A stretch of 64,000 nt of DNA from Marsupella aquatica (Eukaryota; Plantae; Marchantiophyta), in the NCBI GenBank assembly GCA_973895155.1, contig OZ316892.1:11050420-11114419 (forward strand). Direction: 5' to 3'. The position numbers and the translations under genes were made by a program. Of the stretch, positions 1-12,812 are shown piece after piece; position 1 is the stretch's first letter; every line of letters starts with the position of its first letter. Under the pieces are notes generated by a model that was not told where the DNA came from, searched no databases, and was given only the letters and a program-made list of their open reading frames with translations.

Positions 1-1464
1 CTTCTCCTTATCAACCAGTAGATTTTGAGGCTTCAAGTCTCTGCCCATCACATCGCATATAGAAGATTAAGAGCTCGGGACATTGATAAAGCCACTTGGA
101 CAAAAAATGGATCACTGCAAGGCAACAACAGTCATCCCCTTCCTCACCTGTGCATTACTCCGTGGCTGTGGCAATGGGCAACACCCTTGCATAACTGGTA
201 CATGAAACTCTGCAAAACCCACCAGTAACGCATGGCCAATCAGTCTGGAGCACCTACTGACTAGAGCTTCGTTGATTTGACGTTTATCACAATTCCGACG
301 AATGGAAGGGGTTATGGCAATAGTTCCACCTGAACAACTTTAGGAGGTATCGGCTTCCCAGTGGACCCACGACCATGCTGATCAATGAACTTTTTGAGAT
401 CCGTGTCTAAGTATTCGAAGACGAGGTAGAGCAAAGGTTTCCCCTTTTTGTCAACGTGCTCAACACTCAGCAACCTGGGAAAACGCAATTGGAAACGAAG
501 CGTTACCAGCAGAACAGCCGACAGTGTACAACCTTCATGTGGACTCCAGCGTGTCGGTTTCATTTCCTTTCCGTTGGGCGGCACCGGACTACATGACAAG
601 CATGAACATTTTCCCTTTCCAAGAATCCAGCTAGACCAACTGAAGACTGCTCGTGAGCTCACCATCGGACTTGGAGATGGGAATACAAACAGAATTGGTT
701 TTTAACATAGAGCGTGCTGATCTTAGTAAAATGAATTCCCCTTCCGACAAGCGAAAGACCCACACCCACGACTACAAAAATGTATGTTATTAATCGGCGT
801 CAGAAGAGTCGAACAAAGAGCAGTGTGGATCTCTGCAATGTGTTTGCTTGAGAGAATTGCCAAGTCTACAAGAAAGGACTCATCTTCTCCGATGGTCATA
901 TGAACCCTGCAAACATAATTGTGCGCCTTGGTGTGCTGAAACGGCAATTGGTCAGAGAGTGTACCCAAAGATTGTTGCGGGAGGCTTTGATCACCCTCAT
1001 TATTGTGAACAAGGTAGTTATACAGAGATAGGTCCCAGGGGAGCCTTTTGGGCAGCTGTGAAGATGCAATGACCGGCTGGTCATGGATCGTCAAAACTTA
1101 CAAGAAATGATGTGCCTTGTTCAAACGCAGATCTTGAAGCGAGAACCCGGGCTGGTACTTACTGGCATTCCCCTCCACATTGTTGGAGACTAGCGAACTT
1201 CTTTATATAGGACCATAGGCAGGCAATAAGGAACAGGGTGGTCAACAGGATGGTCAGTACTAACCTTACAACATATATACTCTGGGACAGCATCTGTAGG
1301 AGGGAGACCTCTCGGAGGGCAGTTGAGGGCACGCCTTCCTCCTCCATTTCCAACCGAGTCTTCTTCAGAGCAACCAGGCGACCGGTCTCCTTGTGTCTGG
1401 CTTTGTAAACCTTCCCATAGGTACCTTCCCCGACTTTCTCCAATTTCTCATAGTGATCCATCAC
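1..1464 (-). CDS. CDKB: B-type cyclin-dependent kinase, 5' part (gene continues beyond left edge); exons 1464-1265, 474-330, 209-148, 40-<1
   Basis: Spliced translation gives [18 protein letters not shown]...[30 protein letters not shown]...[17 protein letters not shown]...[34 protein letters not shown]. All introns are GT-AG and phase-consistent. Confidence 0.95.
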
Positions 1465-2238
1465 TGGGCTATCTCGCTGTCAAACGCCACTCTGACCTTG
1501 GAATTCAAGTGTGGAGTTACAAGTCTCTACTACTCATTCACCTTCAACGCCAAGAGATAGGCCTGATTACGAAACAGATTCGCCCCTTCTTGTCAATGCG
1601 ATGCAGGAAAGACTCTAGCGAGCAATTCGCAAGGCAACTGTGCTCCGGGATGGCCTTGTCGATGGCAAAACGGGAGACTAGGTAGAACTTATAACAAGCT
1701 AGTCGAAGGAGGTCTGCCGAGAGACGAGTAATTAACAGTGAAATCGAAACTGAAAAGGAGCTGATATCGATCCGATCCGGTCCGATGAAGAATCTGGCAA
1801 TGTGAGTGAGTAAAAATCCGATTCTGAAGCAGCATGTGACTGAAAATCCCTCACAGCTGCGAAATGAAACACCACGAAGCTGCGCCGTGTGGAAACGCGT
1901 GATGGATGTCTAGCGAGCTCGGTACCGCCAACCAAACTTCCAAATCCTTACGTGGGTGCGATGACGAAATGCAAAGCGAATGGGTACCGTAGCGTTGTGT
2001 GAAGCAATGCTGCTGCTCAGTAGCTACTGCTTCAATCTGAGCAGAGATGATCGAACGATTGAATGACTAAATGAACGAAGTCTCGCTTCCCTGGCTCTGG
2101 TTTGGCAGCCGGCTCGCTCGCTCGGTGGGTTGGTGTACGGGAAGATAGGAAGGACCGATGGAGAGTGAATCGAGTGGGAGTTGAAATTAAAATGGCCAAC
2201 TGCTAGAAACTAGTACAGTAGCGGAATGTCACTTCTGT

Positions 2239-2720
2239 CCGTTGCAATCGGTGGAATCCATCATCAGTAACAAACGAAGTAGTCGTCGTCGTGGGGCCTG
2301 AGAGAGGACTGAACAGAGGAGCAAGGAGAAGAGGACTAGAGGAGAAGAGAGACGACGAGCAAAGCGAGAGACAGAGGAGCAGAGGAGCAAAGGAGGCAGA
2401 GGAGGAGAGGAGCAAAGGAGCGCGAAAACTGAAATTTCAATTCCGATGCCCGTTGTAATCGGGCAGCCTGCCACGGAGCGATGCGCTGCTGCCCAATCCT
2501 GCCGGCATCGGTCTGGATGCCGTTGAAAGGGGGCTGGGCCCCACTAACGTACCCTGCCCTACGTGGTCGCCCATCGGGTGACTGGGTCGGGCCGAGCCAG
2601 CGTTTGTGGACCAGGCAAAACCTTATTCTCTCTCTCACATGGAGATAAATTGAGATATATGCTTGATGGGCCCTTGGTGATGATGGGCCCTTGGTGAACC
2701 TTTTTTACCCGATGGGCCCC
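2239..2720 (-). promoter_or_regulatory. Putative CDKB cell-cycle promoter: three MSA cores (AACGG), one E2F site, several site II (TGGGCC) motifs
   Basis: CCGTT at 2239, 2450 and 2520 (CAACGG on the minus strand); GCGCGAAAA at 2420-2428 (TTTTCGCGC); repeated GATGGGCCC at about 2666-2720. Motif meaning comes from known MYB3R/E2F/TCP control of mitotic genes. Confidence 0.55.
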
Positions 2721-2744
2721 TAGGTAACTTTTTTTATCAAGTAG

Positions 2745-3588
2745 GACCCCTCATAATGACCAGTACACCTGTTCTTGTGTGGTGCCTACACCTGTCCTTG
2801 TGTGGTGCCTACTATGTATGGTGACTCCAAGCAAACTGCATAGTTGAACTGTGCGGTCAACCTTGCATGGTCGACCGAGAAACCACGAAGATGATTCGGG
2901 AGAAACCACGAAAAGTGATTGCCGCTGTCGAAACTATGATTTGAAAACAATATGCATTATGTCTTCAGATTCAATGGGTTAATGCCTGAAGACTCAATGA
3001 ATTATGTCTTCCCGTGTTTCAAGGTTTAGGGTTTAGGGTGTACCCCGACACCTTTGGGTCTGTCTTCTTTTGAAATTGTTTGTATGCATTGCACAGGGAG
3101 TATTACCATTTTTTGAGCGCAATTGTCAATCATTTGCCAATTTTTGTTGTGGCGCCAGTAGGCAAATTCTGAACATTGAACTTGAATATTCTTTGTGGAC
3201 ATTTGGAGGTACCCCACACTGACGCTGACAGTCGTGCATGAAAACATCATGAAAAACCCATGTGCGCAACATGAAAAACATACATAATAACTACCCCACA
3301 ATACGGTAAAAATTTGAACCCGAAGACATAATCCATTGTGTCTTCAGGCATTAACCCAGTGAATCCGAAGACATAATGCATATTGTCTTCAAATCGCAGT
3401 TTCGATAGCGGCAGTCGCTTTTCGTGGTTTCTCCCGAATAATCTTTGTGGTTTCTCGGTCGACCATGTAAAGTCGACCGCACGGTTCAACTGTGCAGTTT
3501 GCTTGGAGTCACCATATTATGTAGGCACCATACAAGGACAGGTGTAGGCACCACACAAGAACAGGTGTACTGGTCATTAAGAGGGGTC
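2745..3588. mobile_element. Non-autonomous foldback/MITE-like element with about 265-bp terminal inverted repeats
   Basis: 2745-~3011 (GACCCCTCATAATGACCAGTACACCTG...) is the reverse complement of ~3323-3588 (...CAGGTGTACTGGTCATTAAGAGGGGTC) with scattered mismatches. No credible ORF; TSD not resolved. Confidence 0.8.
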
Positions 3589-5874
3589 TCTCACAAGAGA
3601 ATCAACAATATGTCATCTCAAAGCTGATAATTTGATGTACCTTAACTCTCTAGTTATGGGTTATAGACACACAAAGTTAAGTTATGGACTACAGAATCAG
3701 TAGTCCATAATTTTTTACCGCTAAGTTTGGTTGTATGCCATAACCGTCAGTCACACGGGAGGCTAGCAAAACAAAACAAATACTTTTCCAAAACCTTGGG
3801 AAAAAGTTATGACCATTCCTTCACCACCCAATGTCATCATCCGTAATTTTGAAGCTTAGAGATGCCCTACTGTAATCTCCATCCAAGCCTTCCCAGTGTT
3901 TGAGATTGTCATACAAGGTTTACTTTGAGCTTAGTTAATTACTAGACTCTTCAATTTTTTTCCTGATCAGAAGGGCTTGGGGTTCTCCGTTGTTGTTTGG
4001 GACTCTGGGCTTTTTGGCTCCTTGGTTGGCCGCTTGGTTTTTGTAGGTATTTTTTGTTTTTCTGCTTTAAAGGTCTCCTTGCTTTGGGGTCCCGTCCCCA
4101 GGCTAAAAGACATTTGATCTTTGGCAGTGTGATATATCTTTGAACTCTATAGCATTCCAAAACATTCGCTCTGTATGAAAGAATCAAACACTATAAACGC
4201 TATGCTCAGATGGAATCTTGTTAGTAGGGAGCTGCTGACATGCCCTGCCCTACATGGTCACTGATGGGTAAGTTGGGGCATTGGATTGGGACAATCTTTT
4301 ATTCTTAATCGGTGTTATTGTGGACAAAATTAATGTTTAGAGATATCCCTAAACACTTTCTAAACCATGTTGTGCACATACGCATTGGTGACAACTTATA
4401 TTGCTTGTCATACACATCCAATCATAAACACACATTAAGTGTAAGTTGCTAAACATGACTGTGGGACTCATGGTAGGACTCTCATGATTATGCTCATTAA
4501 ATGCCCTGTACATAGCCATCCAAATTTTTCCTTTGGGTTTGTTTCCTGTCTGCCCCACTTCCTCACTGTGTTGGTCCTGTGAAATACTTTCGGCGCATCT
4601 CTTTCCTTAGCTTTGAATAAATTAATTTAAAAAACTTGTCATCCACTTTCATGGCCCATTTCTTAGGATCCCACTGTGGATCTTTGTTTTGGAATCATGT
4701 TTCAACCCGTGCTCAACCAACCACATGATTCCAACCCTCTGACTTTCATCTCAACTTGTCTTCATCTCTGTTGATCTTGTATGTTAGGGGATTCAAATTA
4801 ACCTCAAAATTTCATTCATGAACCTTAACTTAGTAGTGAAGGTTATGGACAGAAAAAGTTATGGGCTACCAATTGGACATATGCCATGACCATAAGTCAC
4901 TATAGAGGCTACTGAAAACTAGGCAAAACTTTTCCAAGACCCCGGGGCTGCTTGATGATCCTTCAAACGCCAATGCAAGGCGGTCAATGTGCAGGTCCAT
5001 GTACGATAGGCACACACGCAATTTAGGACATTTTTGTAGAACTATCATTTCAGCACCGTTTGGTAGAAAATGTGCTGAAATGACCAAACTCCAAGGATTT
5101 CTTACAGGTAAGGCCAGGCTCCAGGGGCTCAATACATGCTGAATAAGTGAAATTCCGTCGGAATGGATTTCTCGCCACATAGTTTGCTGCCCAGACTACA
5201 GACGATGGGAAGGACTCCATTTTCCCAGCGACTCTAGCGTCCTCCACGTCTGAGAGGGGATTGTAGTTGCCCATGGCCTGGAATGCCACAATGACGCAAA
5301 TTTCTGAAGCTGAAAAACCAATGGACAACCTTTAATCAAGAACGACAAGGAAACATGGAGACATTTAATCGAGTGGTGAAGGAGTACCTCAACGATATGC
5401 TAAATCCTTGTGAAGAACTTAAACTCAAAGCGCAGCCCCTATCGTCAACATCCATGAGCTGCGCTATGGCAGCTGCACTCCCTGCTCGCATCGAACGACC
5501 TATGCCCCTTGTTTCTAATTTGAATCGAGCGGTAATGTGTAGCCTGGGTCAACCGTAAACCCCCGAGTCGAGTTAAGCACGGTCAGACATCCGTAAGGGT
5601 TGGAATTCCTGGTATGACTGGTAGGGCGAGGCTTGCAGTGCCCCAGTCGTGACCGGATGACAGATCCGTGACAGTCCTGAGCGCAGTCAAAAGGCGAAAA
5701 ATGGGTATTTGAGACACCCTAGTACCGCTGAGCCCTCGCACTCATGAACAAACTGCTGGGCATGGCCAGCTCCGGCCCCACAGCAAGGAGGGTCATCATC
5801 CCGGACCTGAGAGCACCAGACCAACCCGCCAGCCGCCAGACCTGCCCCATTCCACGTCTCCCTTCCGGATAATT

Positions 5875-6130
5875 GTTACAGACCCCCATTAGAGGTCATT
5901 TCCAAAATTCCTGGCTCCACAGCGCGTCACATCATCATGGCATGTTGCAAACAGGAAGGGACTTGTTTTTGGATAAAATTAACTTCTACATTCGTGTTTG
6001 TGGCAACTTTGCTGTAAAAACTGGGACGCCATGCCGTAAAAAAGAATGTAAAAACAACTTACTTGCAAATCAAAAGACAAAAATATTGAGGTAAAACTGC
6101 TCCCAATAATGATTTTATTTCCATTTTGAT
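5875..6130 (+). repeat. Dispersed repeat (likely DNA transposon end), copy 1
   Basis: GTTACAGACCCC...TTGTTTTTGGATAAAATTAACTT...GCTCCCAATAA matches the reverse complement of 41431-41660. Confidence 0.7.
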
Positions 6131-7103
6131 TTTATTCAAAACATACAATTTTCCCGACAACAATATTCCATTTGACATTGTTGAGTCAAACCATAATGAA
6201 AACTCACGTATAATATGGCGTTGGAAAGATCTTGAAAAGACAATCCTGATGAGCTCAACATTGTCACCATTCGAATAGAGTAAATAATTTGAAAAATAGA
6301 TTTCACCCGTCATTTCGTAATCTCTAACGAGAATAGAAATCTTTGTTGTACAACCTCTGAAATGTTGACCCCTTGCATGAGAATGAACTTGAAATTGATA
6401 GATTTTTTCAAGTACTAAGGAGATCATCAATTTTATAATTTCTTTAGCTTTTTAATGAAGTTAACATTGATAGATTTAGTTGAGTTATGAGGAGATTATA
6501 AGTTCCAATGTTCTCTACCTTTCCAATGAGTGTGACATTGGGAGATTTTATCAAGTACTAAAATGGTCATGAGTTTCTAAATTTCTCTAGCTTTTGATCC
6601 ATTCCAAATCCCACAATTGGAGATTTGTTTCCATGACACTTTTTATCGTAAAAAATTATGCAAGGTTAGTGATTTGATGACACCGATAAACTTCTCTCTC
6701 TTTGTCTATCTGCGTGTAGGAATTGAAAAGTGATTACTTTTGATGCAACTTGAGTGCATCCAGCATCCCTTCGATAACGTGGAGGAAACCATCGAGCACC
6801 ATTTTGCTGAAGTGGACAATTAAGCTACCCACACATTAAACAGTAGTTCACATTAGAGCTGGTTTTGTGATTGATGTTAATTATGGTTGCCTTGGTAAGT
6901 TTGACAACTGTTTCAAGTGTCAAACATTGACTTGTTCATTTTTGAATTTTTTTTCTTCAGATTTGGAGGTCCATCTAGGCTTCACTTTCTAAATAATTGC
7001 CTCTAAAATAACATAGGGGTCCACGGATTAATTGAGCATTGTAGTGACAGTGTCATAGACTCGTCCACTCCACTCCACTCCACTCCACTCGAGAAGAGGT
7101 GAG

Positions 7104-7433
7104 TGTTAAGTATTGCTCTTAGTCTTGTGACTCGTAGGTTACGACAATTAGTCTAATCATAGTTAGGGACTTAGCAGAAGTTAGGTTAGTTATAAGTGAC
7201 CTTGTATATACTAGGGCTAGTGTAAGCCACTGATACATTAGTGTTTACTCAATGTAACGGAGCAACTTGAGAAAGAGGGAGAGCTTGTGTGTTCGACGAC
7301 TCTTGAAATAAAGTTGTGTTCGTGTGGAAGTAACCTTGGAGAAGAAATGAACCACGTATGGATTGTGTCGACTACGTGAGCATGGTATGAATCATGATTA
7401 TATTGTCATGAAAGGAAACGTCATAATTCAATA
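7104..7433 (+). mobile_element. Solo LTR related to the copia LTRs at 33835/40351
   Basis: Starts TGTTAAGTATTGCTCTTAGTCTTGTGACTC, shares GGGAGAGCTTGTG and TGAACCACGTAT..TGTGTCGACTA blocks, ends TCAATA. Flanks GTGAG/GTTAG (4/5 TSD match). No PBS or internal domain follows. Confidence 0.75.
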
Positions 7434-7459
7434 GTTAGGTGAGGTGATGAGGGTCACGG

Positions 7460-8055
7460 AAGTCTATTGTACGAGACGGTAGTTTGGATGAATGTTCACG
7501 CACTATTTTTGCCTCAAAATTTAACTAGAATCCCATTCCTCGTATGGTTGTGAAAATGGTGGGCAGCTTCCCGTGGTGACGATGAGATGCAAGTTCCTAT
7601 GTCTGAATAGTGCAAACTATTTTTGCGTCAAAAACTTTTGTGAGATGCCATTCCTTGTTTCATTGAGAAAATGGTGGGCAGCTTGCTGTAGGGACGTTGA
7701 GACGGAAGTTCATATGGATAATGTACCAGAATTCCATTCCTTGTTTCGATGAGAAACTGGTGGGCAGCTTGCTGTGGCGACATTGTGACGGAAGTTCATA
7801 TGGATAGTGTGGCATTTAGGGTTCAGGGTTTAAGATTCTCTATGAGGAGCAATCAAAGTTTCCTTCTCCACAAAGTTTCATTCCACTAAAAAAGAACAAA
7901 CCTCTCACCAACCATTTCATCTTCTATCCTTTTCAATCCAGTTTTCAATCCACCAAAGTTTTCTTCTACCATGAAAGAACAAACCTCCGACTAACCACTT
8001 CATCTTCTATGCTTTTTCAATCAGGTTTTCAATCTCCCAAAGTTTTCTTCAATTA
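7460..8055. repeat. Two degenerate minisatellite arrays: about 3 units of ~85-115 bp, then about 2.5 units of ~84 bp
   Basis: Recurrent CCATTCCT..GAAAA/CTGGTGGGCAGCTT..AAGTTC units at ~7530, ~7648, ~7734; recurrent AAAGAACAAACCTC..CATCTTCTAT..GTTTTCAATC units at ~7890 and ~7975. Confidence 0.7.
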
Positions 8056-8706
8056 AAAATAAATAAATCACTTATGATTGTTAATTGTGGGACAAATAGT
8101 AGCAATTCATTTCTTTTCTCATGTCCTTTGTAAGTTCAAGCACAGCTTCTTCTTGTCAAATTGTCTTACTGAAAGGGTGTAACTGACTAACAAGCAAATG
8201 CCAAACTGCCGTTCTTTTGCCACCTTTCTGAAGGATCTCAAACTCTCAATCTTCCTTCTCAAATTCCTAAGATTCTTCGACTTTTCTTGGGTTCACAGGA
8301 GCGAAAGAACATTAAATAGATCTACCTGACAACAACATAGATTCGAGAAAATGCTTAGGATAACGTGATTGACTACGGCGTTAATTTCAATGGAAAATAT
8401 TGTATGACATTGCATACAATTAGAAAGGCTCCAATCAAGACCGGAAGCAAACTGAAGAGCACCCGAACCAAATTCACCAAGATCTTCTTCTAATTGCTGG
8501 ACACTACCAGCCAACACCTACGAGCCGTTAATTGGGATTCTGTCACTTCGGGATAGGAAAAACCACTTTTTGCAGAACAGTACTTATTTGCAATGAAACG
8601 ATCCCACTTCATACACGATAGTACAAATAAGAAACTCAAACTGCACGAAACGAGACCACAATTTTATGCAGTTCAGACAACTCTCTTTGGTATTTATAGT
8701 TCCTAA

Positions 8707-11700
8707 TCAGTGTGACCGTTGAAGCATATCTTTATGATCAAAATTGGCATAGCTAGCAATTTCTAGTGCAGTCAAAAGTGGGGTCATGGAAGCCTTGGCA
8801 GAAGCAAAATGACGCTTGAATACTGTATCTGCAACTAAGCTTTCCCTTAACGTAACCATGCCAGCCTCTTTACACAATCCCGCTAACTCTGCGCCTGTGA
8901 ACCATTCAGTTTCCCCAGCTATTTGTTCAAGACTGGCATCACTTCCGATTTTCATCCGGCGGGTGTGAATCCTAAGTACTTCCAACCTTCCCTCCACATC
9001 CGGAGGTGGCACAAAAATGACCTGAAACACCACATAAATGAGGTTGGTAGAACGCCATGAAAAATGATGACAGTAAGAGGTATCCTTTCTGCAAGATTCT
9101 CTCTCTATAGAAATAAGAGATTTAGATTGTACCGAGTCAAAACGACCTGGTCGCATTAGGGCTGCATCAATAGTTTGTGGACAGTTGGTGGCTGCCAGAA
9201 CAAGCACCCCCTGATAGCATCATGAAGTAACCGTCAGAAAAAAAGCGATTACCTTTGACTGTGAACAATGAACAGGCTCCATGATAATGTAATACTGAAG
9301 GCTCAAGCGAACTCTTCTTCAAGAGTCAACCAAATAACAGCAGTTTCACATGGGTAGCACCTGGGCCTGTTCCAACCCATCAATTTCGGTAAGCAATGTA
9401 GAGAGAAGCTTTTCTGCCACTGTTGTGCCATCGCCACCAGACTTGGTACGTGACGCTGACATCCTGGACGCACATCATAATCTCAAATAGATGAACTTTG
9501 TGCTCTCGAAATATGAACAATCCCTTTTGAACCCGTTCTAAACAGCGAAGAGTCGGCTATCTACGGTGGCTGAAACTACTTTTCAATACTAAAATCCATC
9601 CTCGCCGAGAGAGATGCAGTCTTAAAATCATATTGAACTTACCTCCTGGAAGCAACTGCATCAACCTCATCAAAGAAAATGATGCTGGGAGCAGCTAAGC
9701 GGGCTCGACAGAAAGTTGACCTAACGAGCGCCTCTCCCTCCCCTACGTACATGGAATATAGTTCTGCCCCACTACGACACACCACCTGATCTCAGCATCC
9801 AGATTAACTCAAAGACCTGTTTTCTTGCATCATTGGCTCAGAACGTAGAGGCGTTTCAAGTGATTTCACACCAGACTTCATGAGAGCACAATACAGGAAA
9901 TCTGATGCTCCACTACAGAACTACGAGGCCCTCATCATCATCCTGCCATTCCTTTTCCTGCTTAGAATCTACTGGATTGAAGGAGAAGCTTTTCTCACGT
10001 GCATTGTTTTAAACACCGTTGTGTAGAGGACCTTCATTTCCCAGTAAAACATTGGTAGCTTAACTGGGAATAATGAAGCAAAGAACTAACAGGAGGACAT
10101 TCATACTCGTTAGACAGAGAATAGTAGCATGAGATTATGCAAAAGACAGGAAAGGAATCACCATTTATCTATCTATATATACATATATATGGGGTCCTCG
10201 CAAACAGATTCTGGAATTCCTGATTATGAAGTGTGAAGGATTATGGACCTGGAAACCTCACTCTTTCCCGAAGACAGAACTAGCCCTTTCGAGCAGCAAA
10301 GAATGATATCTACAGGAGATATACAAGAACAGCATATCCTGTTCAAACTCTGTTATTGCAGCGCATCAGCTACGAGAGTAAAGCAATGACTCCGAATACA
10401 AAAGGTATACCACCTCAGAGAGATCAGAGTAGCTTGGGCAGCATGTGCAGCAGCTCTAACAAGAGTGGTTTTACAGCATCCGGGTGGTCCATGGAGAAGA
10501 ACTCCACGTATTGGCCTTATACCAAGTCGAGAGAAGCATCGCTATGCTTAATGGGCCACTCTACGGCTTGTCGCAACCTTAGCTGTTCAACAACACTTCA
10601 GGATGAGACACTTCAAAACTCGATGAATCAGTGCATATGTCGAGCAAGTCGGCCATTGCGGTGCCAGTTTAGCGACGTCTTGCTGTCCCTACCTTTGCGC
10701 ACACTACAGAAGTAAGAGGCAAACTGAAACACTGAATTCACAATGGACCAGTATGGAATAAATTAATGGACTTCAGCTTGCGTTGACAAGGATCTTGTGA
10801 AGCACACCTTGACCTCATGAAGCCCACCAATGTCGTCCCACGAAATTTTCGGCACCTCGGCTGCTATCCCTCGCACAATACTTGGTCCTACATTCTTTCT
10901 TGCGTCTTCCCATTCCTCCATCCCAACTAACTTAACCTGAACTTCTTCGAGTCCTTCTTTCAGACCCCTCTGTAGGGCAGACATAGCGGCTTCTCGGCAT
11001 AAAGCTTGGAGGTCTGCACCAACGTAGCCATTGCACATCGCAGCCACGCGGTAAAGATCCACCGTCCCGTCTAGTGGAAGGTTATTGGCATGGAGCTGTG
11101 AATTACAGAAAATCACTGTAAATTTCACGGAATATTGTAGCATTGATATATGGTACGAGCATCCTATAAAGTTTTGCAAGGAGGAATATAGGTTACATGA
11201 TCCTCACGCGAAGTATGTCATAGCGTTCTTCTGTGTTGGGTGAGCGAATTGCTAACTCTCTATCAAAACGTCCAGGCCGACGAAGAGCAGGATCAATCGC
11301 ATTAACTCTGCAGAGAGGATGAAAATGAGAAATCAGCATTTCCAATTCAACTCTTTCATTCAGAAACCGTGAAAACATTCTACTCAAGATGCTCATTGAA
11401 GCAACATCAAAAAATCGGGGAGAGAACAGAAACAGTATATCTGCTTCTGGGCATCATAATAAAAAGCGAAGGTTCCGCTTCAAACTCAGGTTCTTGCCGA
11501 TGCAAATTTCAGAAGATAAACATCCATGTCGCCCTATTTTGATAGCTCAATGAGTAAGCACGTCATGTCAAATTACTTACCTATTTGTAGCGGCAACGAC
11601 AACAACGCGTGAAGAACTCCCCGATTTGGATCTAATTCCATCCATTAACGTAAGAAGTTGTGCCACAATTCTTGTCTCCTGCTGTTGCCTGACCAATGGG

Positions 11701-12812
11701 CCCTGCCAGTGCTAATTAGCAACGATATCTCGTGAGAGGATTAAGGAGGCGAGAAAACCGGCTATTTCTTGAAATACTGAGGAGAAAGTGTTCATAAACT
11801 TTTTCAACAAAAGAAGAAGAAAGAACATGAAGAAGGGACCATAGGTAGTGTTCTTTAATCATCTTAATCTGTGTACCAAGGAAGGTGTGTGAACGCGGGT
11901 CACTCGGAAAGGACAATAACTTAGTCATCTTTGCGGGTCACTCTGAAAGGTCACTACTTTAGTCATCTTTGACGTGTGAGGTTTGCAGTATGACATACCG
12001 GGAGTCTCTCGGAGGGCAAAGTGTATCAATTTCGTCAATAAAAATTATTGCTGGTTTACCGGAAGCTGCTTGTGATGCTGCCTCAAGAAACGCTTCTCGC
12101 ATCAACCGTTCGCTCTGTCCAGCATAAGATCTATGCAAAGAACCGCCACTGCACAAATTGATTCCCTCCTGGTCAGAATGATAAATACGGTACCAGCTTT
12201 GGTATCCCTGTTTCCCTGAATCTGCGTACAAAGGGAGAAAGCCCACTCGTCGTTTTGTTCCATCAGTTCGGAAAATCTCGTGATTGTACCGAACAGGACT
12301 TGTCCACAATCACTACGACAAAGAGTACAAAATACCTGAGAGATGTGAAATGCGCATCACATTCCTTAGCCACGGCGTGCACCAAGCTTGTCTGCATTTA
12401 AACACGCCTTGCCCGTCATGTCTAGCAGAATTTAGAGAGGGCATGAAAAGCTCCAACATCCACAGAATAGTTCTCAAAAGGAGCAAGATAGAGCATACCT
12501 TACCCGTGCCTGGAGGTCCATGCAGCAACAGTCCTTTAGGCCACGGATTCAACACCAGAAAAATCATGAATTCCTGGTATAACACTTGGGCTTCTACACG
12601 ATAGAGCTGACAAGGAATACTCTAAATAATATGCCCAAACGGGAAAGAAAACAGACCTTGAGGCCAATCGCAGCTGCTTCTCGAGCGTAGAGGAAAGGCC
12701 AGATAACCAATTCGCGCAAGGATCGTAGTGGGGCTGCCATTCCTGCGAGTGCAGCCTCGGCACGCCACAAGGGATCTTTCATTACAGAGTCTGATTTCTC
12801 CACCTCATCCAT
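8707..12812 (-). CDS. CDC48B: Cell division control protein 48 homolog B (two-AAA-domain ATPase), about 12 exons; possible pseudogene (1-nt frameshift at ~10534, non-canonical acceptor at 12544-12545)
   Basis: N-terminus [46 protein letters not shown]; Walker B IIFIDEID; [15 protein letters not shown]; D2 [33 protein letters not shown]. Matches plant CDC48B architecture from recall. Confidence 0.9.

Noticed and set aside
3025-3038. Interstitial telomere
   Set aside because: Only two TTTAGGG units; such telo-box-like motifs are common in plant DNA.
3682-3710. 11-bp perfect hairpin TTATGGACTAC/GTAGTCCATAA as a miRNA or terminator
   Set aside because: The stem is too short for a plant pre-miRNA and lies within degenerate repeat DNA.
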